A stretch of DNA of 64,000 nt from a virus, in the IMG/VR virus record IMGVR_UViG_3300017991_000007, positions 32,001-96,000 of that record, one strand, 5' to 3'. Below are positions 8,207-15,214 of this stretch, piece by piece (positions within the stretch are counted from its first letter, which is position 1; every line of letters starts with the position of its first letter). A model generated the notes under the pieces. It was not told where the DNA came from and did not search any database. It was given only the letters and a program-made list of their open reading frames with translations. The position numbers and the translations under genes were made by a program.

Positions 8207-8477
8207 AATTTTTGAGCAATGGCGCACTAAGGTCTATGACCCCAATGAGGGTGGGTTTGTAACCATTAAGCATAGGGATAGGAAGTTCATAGGTACCCTT
8301 TCTTGCGGACCCGGCGGGGTGGGTATCTTTGAGCCTTATGAGCCGTTGCACGTCAATTTTAAGTATGAAATCAATGTGTCTGAGTTGGACCCTGCGGTAG
8401 TTAAGTCGATAAAAGAATTCAGGGCGGGGTGGGGTGCAAAGAAAGTTGAAATAGCTTTAGATGATGATGAGGATTAA
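8181..8477 (+). CDS. hypothetical protein
   Basis: operon packing. Confidence 0.6.
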   Translation: MSGKTESDKIFEQWRTKVYDPNEGGFVTIKHRDRKFIGTLSCGPGGVGIFEPYEPLHVNFKYEINVSELDPAVVKSIKEFRAGWGAKKVEIALDDDED

Positions 8478-8947
8478 TGGAGGCTCCTAAGCACATAAAA
8501 AGTATGAGGGAACTTGTAGATATTTTTGGGGATTTTTATCCGCAAACTACTTTGGAATTGCGTCACTCTGAAATGTTTTCCCCGGTTGGCAGACTCAAAA
8601 TGGGTAGTTGGTCTATTCCGGCTTATGATCCGGTTTCCAAGTACAATAGGACTGAGTACGTTGTGGTATTTACGGACTTTGGCGTTCAATACCGTGGGGA
8701 GCTTGACGTTGAAACTGGAATCATAACTATAGATAGTCATATCACGGGTGACGTGAAAAAGATTGTAACAATGGAGGTCGTAACCTGCGGGTATGCGCCC
8801 GGTGTGGACCCTGATAGACTCGAATACTTTGAGGAAAGGCGGTTGGCGAATTTACCCATTGGGGTACCGTCGCAGTCTTTCAATACACAACACAATGCTT
8901 GGTTTAGGATTCATAGTTTTAGAGAATTGAGGGATAGACCCCCTTAA
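8477..8947 (+). CDS. hypothetical protein
   Basis: TAATG coupling, GAGGA RBS. Confidence 0.65.
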   Translation: MEAPKHIKSMRELVDIFGDFYPQTTLELRHSEMFSPVGRLKMGSWSIPAYDPVSKYNRTEYVVVFTDFGVQYRGELDVETGIITIDSHITGDVKKIVTMEVVTCGYAPGVDPDRLEYFEERRLANLPIGVPSQSFNTQHNAWFRIHSFRELRDRPP

Positions 8948-8954
8948 AAAATAC

Positions 8955-8982
8955 TTGACAATCCAAATAAGCGGTGTATATT
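8955..8982 (+). promoter_or_regulatory. sigma70 promoter
   Basis: TTGACA-16-TATATT. Confidence 0.7.
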
Positions 8983-8989
8983 AACCAAC

Positions 8990-9483
8990 CATTACGGCGG
9001 CAAACCGTGACTCTGGATAGCGATTTGTTAGCTGTATTTGCTCAATTTTATTAGGAAAGGGGTGATTAAACGTGTCAAGATTTTGAAGTTCATTTTGATG
9101 AAAGTCTGCTTTTGGACGTAACTCACTGCGAAGTGGGGTACCCCTTGGTAGGGCAGCTTTTTGAATCTCTGGTTTTGTCTTGGCCCTTTATCCGTGATTT
9201 TGATTCACGGGGCAAGTCAGGGGAAAATCAGGCTAAAGAGTCTCTAAGCTTGTGATCTGCGGGGGAACGCTCCGGTAACTATACGGGAAAGAGCCTGAAC
9301 GAGCGAACAGGTCATTTCCTTAAACACCGTGCCGGGGTTTCAACGGAGTTGGCTGCAATCCTATCCAATGTGATCATAGGGCTGCGGTGTTTGGAGGCGG
9401 GTGACTTAGAACATGAAAGGATAGAACTTTGAATAGTTTTACGAGGTAGAGGCCGTTTCCATTGGGAGCGGCCTTTGCTTTTT
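8990..9483 (+). ncRNA. putative large structured ncRNA (~490 nt)
   Basis: Own promoter and terminator, no convincing ORF; long-range pairings (TTTGAAGTTC/GAACTTTGAA, AAGTC/GACTT, AAACACCGT/GCGGTGTTT); CTCACT-GCGA-AGTGGG GNRA hairpin. Confidence 0.65.
9449..9483 (+). terminator. intrinsic terminator
   Basis: GAGGCCGTTTCC-ATT-GGGAGCGGCCTT followed by T-rich tail. Confidence 0.75.
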
Positions 9484-9530
9484 GTGCTATGATGTAAAAA
9501 TGTTTCACATGAAACAATTGGAGCTACCCA

Positions 9531-10418
9531 ATGAGCAAAGGCGAAAACCAAACCAATATTACCATCCAAGGCAAGAGCTTCCAACACTACCTATTTTTTC
9601 CACTGTTAATCATAGCTTGCGCTGCTATCGCTATCGGAGTGTACCAATACTATGCCCACCAAAAAGACCTTGATGCGGCCTCAGTTGACGCAAAGAGCCT
9701 GAAAGACCTTGTGAAAAACCTCAAGAAAGCGAATGCGGGGTATGAGCAAGAGATAGATGCCCTTGCAAAACTGGCAACCGACCTCAGAGACAAGCTGGAA
9801 AACGCTGAGTCAGAGGTGCGGGTAGAGGTGCGGACTCGTACAATCCGAATTCCGGGGCAACCAACCGACCCCGTGCAACCGATTGCACTACCACCGTCTT
9901 GTGAGGACTGTCTGCCTCAAATCGAAATGCCCTATCACTTTGAAAATACTTATGTGACGCTGGATGACCTACTCAAATGGTCTGAGGATGACAAAACCTT
10001 TGTTTCGGATGAGGATTACCGCAAGTTCAAACTGAAACCGGAGTTTGATGCGCTGCTTTTGACCCAAGGCACTGAGAATATTGTGGAACAGGATGAGAAA
10101 ATTCTGAGGGCAAGGTGGATCATTGGTGTTGACGGGGGTATCCGTACTCTGAATGATGAGGATAAGCCCGGTGAATTGGGGGCTACTGAGGTTGGCATTA
10201 ATTCCGGGGTTGAATTCCTGAATTTTAAGAAGCTGATAAAGGCACCCTTGGGCATGGCAGCAACAGCCTCAGTCACGCCCGCCGATTGGGAGCAATCGCA
10301 CCTCTCTTTGGGGATGACCTACCGGCCTTTCAGGAATGTTGCCGTGTCTGTTGGCTATGGTCGGTCCATGCAATCCGATATGGCTCTTGTGGGGCTTGGT
10401 GTTTTTCCTATGAAGTAA
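9531..10418 (+). CDS. membrane-anchored coiled-coil protein with C-terminal beta-rich domain (spanin-like?)
   Basis: TM helix about aa 20-39, coiled coil, Pro-rich linker with CEDC, amphipathic beta strands at the C-terminus. Confidence 0.6.
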   Translation: MSKGENQTNITIQGKSFQHYLFFPLLIIACAAIAIGVYQYYAHQKDLDAASVDAKSLKDLVKNLKKANAGYEQEIDALAKLATDLRDKLENAESEVRVEVRTRTIRIPGQPTDPVQPIALPPSCEDCLPQIEMPYHFENTYVTLDDLLKWSEDDKTFVSDEDYRKFKLKPEFDALLLTQGTENIVEQDEKILRARWIIGVDGGIRTLNDEDKPGELGATEVGINSGVEFLNFKKLIKAPLGMAATASVTPADWEQSHLSLGMTYRPFRNVAVSVGYGRSMQSDMALVGLGVFPMK

Positions 10419-10444
10419 ATGAAAAGGTGTGTTATGATTTAGGT

Positions 10445-10530
10445 GGTACATTTTGGTTGCCGTTTTGCTATCTTTCCTTTCTGAAAGGCCGGTGTTGTCG
10501 CTACCCCCGTTGACACCGGCCTTTCCCTTT
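10445..10530 (+). ncRNA. putative anti-Shine-Dalgarno small RNA
   Basis: Extended -10 TG-T-TATGAT 10430-10438; stem AAAGGCCGGTGT/ACACCGGCCTTT; loop TCGCTACCCCCGT is the reverse complement of the phage RBS ACGGGGGTAGCGA. Confidence 0.55.
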
Positions 10531-10613
10531 GAAAATTGTTTGCCAGCTAAAATAGTTCCTGCTATCATTATGTAGGTTATAACCGTTAATTTCTTTGCAA
10601 AGGAGTGAGGTAA

Positions 10614-11114
10614 ATGGCTTACGATGTAGAACTGATTAGGTCGGACGGTGAGGGAAGTCTAAACTTTAACGAGCTTGAGGCGAAAATCAAAGATTTCGTT
10701 GACGCTCTTTCGGTACCGGTGAAAGTGTCGGTTGGAGAGGGTGAGGATGGTCTGTTCGCCGTGATCGAATACGGTACCGACCTTGCCGGTGCGGGTCTTG
10801 TTGGTCCGGCGGGTCCGGCGGGTCCGGCGGGTGATCCAACCGTTCTTTACCCGGTGGAATTTGTCGGGTCCAACGGTGCGGGTCCATGCACCCCGGCCTC
10901 AAAATCGGATGAGGCAATCAACGTGGGTGACAAGCTGGTTCATATCGTTGGATATGTGACGGCTGCGGGTACCTTCGTTGCTACCCCCACATTGGCTGAG
11001 GCTATTGGTTCGGCTGATTTCGATTCGCTGATTACGGCGGGTCCGGTTGTTACGCAGAATAATGTAGCGAATTGGTCCACCAATACCTACATTGCGTTGG
11101 TTGCTCGTACCTAA
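10614..11114 (+). CDS. hypothetical protein with short collagen-like repeat (possible virion decoration)
   Basis: GPAGPAGPAG; strong RBS; downstream terminator. Confidence 0.65.
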   Translation: MAYDVELIRSDGEGSLNFNELEAKIKDFVDALSVPVKVSVGEGEDGLFAVIEYGTDLAGAGLVGPAGPAGPAGDPTVLYPVEFVGSNGAGPCTPASKSDEAINVGDKLVHIVGYVTAAGTFVATPTLAEAIGSADFDSLITAGPVVTQNNVANWSTNTYIALVART

Positions 11115-11135
11115 GTAACCGAGCATTTACAGTGG

Positions 11136-11165
11136 AAAGCCCCGGCGTAAAAACCGGGGCTTTTT
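11136..11165. terminator. bidirectional terminator
   Basis: AAAGCCCCGG-CGTAAAAA-CCGGGGCTTTTT between convergent units. Confidence 0.8.
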
Positions 11166-11167
11166 AT

Positions 11168-11340
11168 TAAGAGGGGGATAGGCATTTCAGCCTACCGTTT
11201 CCGCTTACTTGTATGAACGGCAATTCTCCAAAAGGTACCCGCCGGTACATCTTGGCCTCAGCGGTGTTTTTCAATAACCCGGTCCTAAAGTCGGTTGCCG
11301 CCAACCATTACCCCCGAATCACCTCAAACTACCCCTCTTA
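11168..11340 (-). ncRNA. putative structured ncRNA with T-loop-like arm and pseudoknot
   Basis: Terminal stem UAAGAGGGG/CCCCUCUUA; 3' arm UAGGC-UGAAAU-GCCUA; hairpin GUUGG-CGGCAA-CCGAC able to pair with downstream UUGCCG. Confidence 0.55.
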
Positions 11341-11350
11341 GCAAATCAAA

Positions 11351-11475
11351 GAAATAACGGCTTGCTCCCCGTGCCTACCGCCTGAATCAGCCCCAAAAAT
11401 CCTTTGCTGAAACTTCCCTATCGGGTACCTCTAGTTAAGCGGGTAAAAACCCCGAAACGCCCCTAGTCGTATTTC
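11351..11475 (-). ncRNA. possible structured ncRNA
   Basis: Ends pair (GAAAUACG/CGUUAUUUC); non-coding; lies between two other RNA-like units. Confidence 0.35.
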
Positions 11476-11483
11476 AAAAGTAA

Positions 11484-11580
11484 GGCGGGATGAGCCGGGG
11501 ATTCAAACCCCGTCGCCATTGTAGCGGCTTTACCATTCGTGATCATATCCGTTTGCAACCGGATACTCCCACCTCATCCC
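11484..11580 (-). ncRNA. tRNA-like RNA (non-canonical)
   Basis: 8-bp GGGAUGAG/CUCAUCCC plus GCC end; T arm CGGGG-UUUGAAU-CCCCG; hairpin UAUCCG-GUUGCAAA-CGGAUA; no normal D arm. Confidence 0.55.
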
Positions 11581-11744
11581 TACTCTCTTGAGAGGTCTTT
11601 TTTCATTTCCCTCTTGAATACCCTGCGGGTCTTACGGCGCAAGGCTTTCCGTTCTTTTCCGGGTGGGGGTCCGCAGCATGAACAATTCATCCCGCCGGGT
11701 CCAACCCATTTCCAAGAGGTTTTCTTGAATTCATCTATTGTCAT
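11580..11744 (-). CDS. small basic Cys-containing protein (54 aa, not in ORF track)
   Basis: MTIDEFKKTSWKWVGPGGMNCSCCGPPPGKERKALRRKTRR...; ATGA overlap; TAG stop. Confidence 0.6.
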   Translation of the reverse strand: MTIDEFKKTSWKWVGPGGMNCSCCGPPPGKERKALRRKTRRVFKREMKKDLSRE

Positions 11745-11973
11745 TTTCGCTCATTCCTTTCCCAAAAAAGATCATCCCACATTTCAACCGCCTCAGCTTT
11801 GGTGCGTCCTAACGGTCCCTCAGAGTCACAACTTATGCAAGCTACTCTGAAACCTACTATCATCGGAGCGCAACCGGCGGGTGGGCTTTCCTCCATTTCA
11901 GCCCAAAGCATACCGGAGCCGCCTAAGCACTCAAAGCACAACTCCTTTGGTTTTGGCTCATTTCGTACCCCAT
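11741..11973 (-). pseudogene. Lar-like (restriction alleviation) Zn-finger gene with out-of-frame start
   Basis: CFEC...VACISCDSEGP.GRTKAEAVEMW resembles Lar family; the ATG with AAGGAG RBS at 11973 is in a different frame. Confidence 0.45.
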
Positions 11974-12014
11974 TTTGAGGCTCCTTTCATGCAAACTGAT
12001 TATCAACTGACTGC

Positions 12015-12112
12015 ATCATAACAACGCTCTTTTGGTGTGTCAAGTAAAAAGTGCAATTGCTTGCATTTTTTCTTAAAAAATACTTGACACGGCTATTTAG
12101 GTGTGTTAGGGT
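12015..12112. promoter_or_regulatory. divergent sigma70 promoters flanking TGCAATTGCTTGCA
   Basis: Minus TTGACA-17-TATGAT; site 12052-12065; plus TTGACA(12084)-17-TAGGGT. Confidence 0.8.
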
Positions 12113-12155
12113 TAAGATAGGTTGAAAACTTGGCAACTGAAAAGGGGTAGCAAAA

Positions 12156-12500
12156 ATGTTAAACGAACACTTTTTAGTGATTGCGGGCAACGGGGGTCAA
12201 CATGACGCTGAGGTTACTGAATTAACCTCTCAGGGTGTGGACCTTTGCCGTGTGCAACGTATTCAACACGGGCGGGGGCGGCGTACTGCGGAATTGGTAA
12301 GGACTATTTACGGATGGTCCGTCCGTCACGGTAGCGGCCTCAATAATTTCGGGATCATGCGTCATTCGTGTCCTTTTGAGGATGCCGTTCAATTCGGTAT
12401 CAATTGGGCAAACCGTGATCCTGATAATCGGGAATTTTTTGTCCGGCGGTCTGCATTCAGCAATATGACTGAGGATGACCGGCGGTTAATTGGTGCGTAA
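12156..12500 (+). CDS. hypothetical early protein
   Basis: GGGGTAGC RBS. Confidence 0.7.
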   Translation: MLNEHFLVIAGNGGQHDAEVTELTSQGVDLCRVQRIQHGRGRRTAELVRTIYGWSVRHGSGLNNFGIMRHSCPFEDAVQFGINWANRDPDNREFFVRRSAFSNMTEDDRRLIGA

Positions 12501-12517
12501 GAAACGGGGGTAGCAAA

Positions 12518-12763
12518 ATGGAAACGACACGAATTGAACGTACACGAATTGAGCCAACCGACTCAATGACACCGCAAGAGCTACTTGAGGCTGCGAATGT
12601 CATTATGAATCGGGTTGCAGCGGACCCTGAGAGGTTGCCTTTCGCTGAGGCAGTGCGTATCAACACGCTCTTGCTTGAGGCTGAAAGGACCGGACGGGAT
12701 TACGATTGGGAAGTGCTTGAGGTTGCAATCCTGCAATTCCAAGAGGCGCACGGGGATGCCTAA
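12518..12763 (+). CDS. small acidic hypothetical protein
   Basis: GGGGGTAGC RBS. Confidence 0.7.
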   Translation: METTRIERTRIEPTDSMTPQELLEAANVIMNRVAADPERLPFAEAVRINTLLLEAERTGRDYDWEVLEVAILQFQEAHGDA

Positions 12764-13187
12764 AGGTGACTGCTTTCAGGCAGCTTTTAACCTACTCCAT
12801 GATATGAGGGATGCCTACTTAGTTCATGCGGTCTGCATAGGCAGGGGCGGGGCTATTACGGGCATTCCTTTTATCCATGCGTGGGTAGAGAAAGATCATA
12901 CCGTATTCGATTATTCCAATGATACTGAGGATGAGATTTTTGCGGACTTGTACTATGGGATAGGTAACGTCCGTTGGATACGAAAATATGATTTTGATGC
13001 GGCGTGTCATAGAGCCGTGGCAACGGAAATCTATGGACCTTGGGATATTGACGTGGACTCTGATACCGGGGATATCTTTGACTGCTTTCCGGGTAAGGGT
13101 GATCCTATAAAAAATGCCTTTGATCCTTGGACCTATTGTAGAGGTCTTTGGGGGATCAAGGATATCTTGGGAGTTAGAGTTGGATAA
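12756..13187 (+). CDS. hypothetical protein, transglutaminase/papain-like Cys-His-Asp motif
   Basis: GDCF...HAWVE...VFD; start MPKGDC. Confidence 0.55.
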   Translation: MPKGDCFQAAFNLLHDMRDAYLVHAVCIGRGGAITGIPFIHAWVEKDHTVFDYSNDTEDEIFADLYYGIGNVRWIRKYDFDAACHRAVATEIYGPWDIDVDSDTGDIFDCFPGKGDPIKNAFDPWTYCRGLWGIKDILGVRVG

Positions 13188-14040
13188 GACGTGTAAGACT
13201 TGTAAGCACCGTTTTATAGACTATGGTACGCAAAATTGCTGGCATACACGCCGGGAAATACCTCTTGAGGGAACGTGTGAAAAGTGGGAGTCAAAGATGA
13301 CTGAAACAATAACGATACCGTCTGAGAGTAAAATGTGCGGCTTGTGCAAGCATTTCAATTGGGATGAGTTGTACGATAGGGGCTTGGAAAAGCCTTTTCC
13401 GGCCAACGTCAAATCCTCTTGTCTTGAGAGTGTGGGTACGCTCGTAAAAGCAAATGGTTTGGGAATACCGGGCATAAATAAGTGCGACTTTTTTGAGGCT
13501 GCGGGTACTGCCCCTACTCCGAAAGGTAGAAAAAGACCGGTATCGGGTGGGGATTTTAAGAAAAAGGCTGAGGCTTTTTTAGAGATTCTAAGAGAGTTGA
13601 ATCCGGGTATGCCGGTAGAGGCAATCAAAGACTTGACTGAGTTTTCGCTAAAGGCTGCGGATAGAGGTCATGCTTTGGGGGTGATCATGGATGATGATAA
13701 GACCGGTACTGAGGTCAATTTTAGCGTTCCTAAGAATGCTGGTAGTGTAGAGAGGGATGAATTTAGTCTGAGTTGGGCGGTTACGCCGGGGTATGAGTAC
13801 AACGGCGTAAAAGTAGTTGTGGGGTGGGGAGCGGGAGATTTTACTGAAACCACAACGGTAGCGCACTTGCTCCAAGTTTTAGAGACACACCATGACGATA
13901 CTGCTTTTATTGATATGGAGCATTTCAGGCTTGGTACGCCGGGATGCAAGCTTGTTATAACCAAGGGGGAGCTACTTTCTGCCCTTGAGGAATCCGGGGC
14001 ATTGGCAGCTTACGATAGGGTAAGGGAGAGTGAGGAATGA
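13180..14040 (+). CDS. hypothetical protein with N-terminal Cys clusters
   Basis: CKTCKH, CGLCKH; TTG start overlapping upstream stop. Confidence 0.65.
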   Translation: MDKTCKTCKHRFIDYGTQNCWHTRREIPLEGTCEKWESKMTETITIPSESKMCGLCKHFNWDELYDRGLEKPFPANVKSSCLESVGTLVKANGLGIPGINKCDFFEAAGTAPTPKGRKRPVSGGDFKKKAEAFLEILRELNPGMPVEAIKDLTEFSLKAADRGHALGVIMDDDKTGTEVNFSVPKNAGSVERDEFSLSWAVTPGYEYNGVKVVVGWGAGDFTETTTVAHLLQVLETHHDDTAFIDMEHFRLGTPGCKLVITKGELLSALEESGALAAYDRVRESEE

Positions 14041-14441
14041 AACGGTTGATTCGATATGGATTGCATAATGTGGATACTTGGGGTCCAAAGAGGGTCCGTA
14101 TTCGCTTGAATAAGCTAATGCCTATTGAAACGCATTTTGATGGTGTGAATTGGTTTGCAACGGCTTGCGGCGGGGTCATTAAAGGTGATACGGAAATCTT
14201 TGACGATAAGACTGAGGCACGGGCAATTTGGGATTTGCGGCAAGAGATTGGTGGGCTTGTGGGTAGGGATCATTTTATGTACGCAAGAAATGATTTTACG
14301 GAAAAAGGGATGCGGTCTTTTGAGCGGGAACGGGATGCCCTTATGCCTTTCTTACCTGAGAATAAATGGCCTTTTGCTGCGGTGATTGAGGAAAAGTACG
14401 GATATAAATCTAAAAGACTTGACAACCCGAAAACGGGGTAG
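14037..14441 (+). CDS. hypothetical protein
   Basis: ATGA overlap. Confidence 0.65.
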   Translation: MKRLIRYGLHNVDTWGPKRVRIRLNKLMPIETHFDGVNWFATACGGVIKGDTEIFDDKTEARAIWDLRQEIGGLVGRDHFMYARNDFTEKGMRSFERERDALMPFLPENKWPFAAVIEEKYGYKSKRLDNPKTG

Positions 14442-14447
14442 TAGAGT
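14419..14447 (+). promoter_or_regulatory. sigma70 promoter
   Basis: TTGACA-17-TAGAGT. Confidence 0.6.
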
Positions 14448-14479
14448 AAATCGTTAGTAACAATTAAGGGGTAGAATCC

Positions 14480-14713
14480 TTGTCTTTGATCCAGAAAGAT
14501 ATGAAAGGTGATTTGGGGGGAGTAGCCTGTATTCGTGATACACGCATTGCCGTGTGGGAAGTTGTCAGGCTATGGCGAATGAACCTTTTGGACAAGGATG
14601 TTTTCAAGCAATATCCAGAACTAACAAAAGAGGATTTAGAGGCTGCTTGGCAATACTATCTCAAGCATTCCTCTGAGATTCTAGGGGAAATTCAGAAACG
14701 GAAAGAGGGGTAG
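14480..14713 (+). CDS. DUF433 family protein (antitoxin-type HTH)
   Basis: GG.ACIRDTRIAVWEVV...YPELTKEDLEAA..Y signature. Confidence 0.85.
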   Translation: MSLIQKDMKGDLGGVACIRDTRIAVWEVVRLWRMNLLDKDVFKQYPELTKEDLEAAWQYYLKHSSEILGEIQKRKEG

Positions 14714-14716
14714 AAA

Positions 14717-15214
14717 ATGGTTAAGGCAACCAAACCGCCGAGTGTGTCCGATTCAATTTTTGAGGGCAAACAGTACGTCCAAAAAGGGATGAAAAACGGG
14801 GGCGTGAAATGCCCTTGCTGCGGTAAAAAGGCAAAGATTTGGACACGGGGAATCACCTCATCAATGGCAAAATCGCTGATTAACTTGGTGCGCCGTTACC
14901 TGAAAGAGAGAAAGGCGTATCATATCAGTCAGTTTTATGCCAAAACATCCGGCTCTTGGGGTGGTGATTTCGCTCTTATGCGTCATTGGGGATTGATTGA
15001 GGGTGTATATGATCCCAAGACCGGAAAACGCATTCAAGCAATGTGGACACCCACAGACAAGGGGATTGATTTTGTTTTGGGCAAGATCAGGGTAATCCGG
15101 TCTGCGGATACCTACAATGGAAAAATCCTTGCATGGTCTGAGGATAAGGTGGATATCAGGGATGCCCTTGGTAACAAATTCGATTATGATAAGCTGGTAG
15201 CGGGGCTGCTTTAA
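14717..15214 (+). CDS. conserved phage protein, Zn knuckle plus winged-helix-like
   Basis: CPCCG...LMRHWGLIE...W.PTDKGIDF. Confidence 0.65.
   Translation: MVKATKPPSVSDSIFEGKQYVQKGMKNGGVKCPCCGKKAKIWTRGITSSMAKSLINLVRRYLKERKAYHISQFYAKTSGSWGGDFALMRHWGLIEGVYDPKTGKRIQAMWTPTDKGIDFVLGKIRVIRSADTYNGKILAWSEDKVDIRDALGNKFDYDKLVAGLL

Noticed and set aside
9097-9420. RNase P RNA (GATGAAAGTC resembles GAGGAAAGUCC) or tmRNA
   Set aside because: No CR-V ACAnAAnnCGGCUUA motif and no tmRNA acceptor ends or tag frame.
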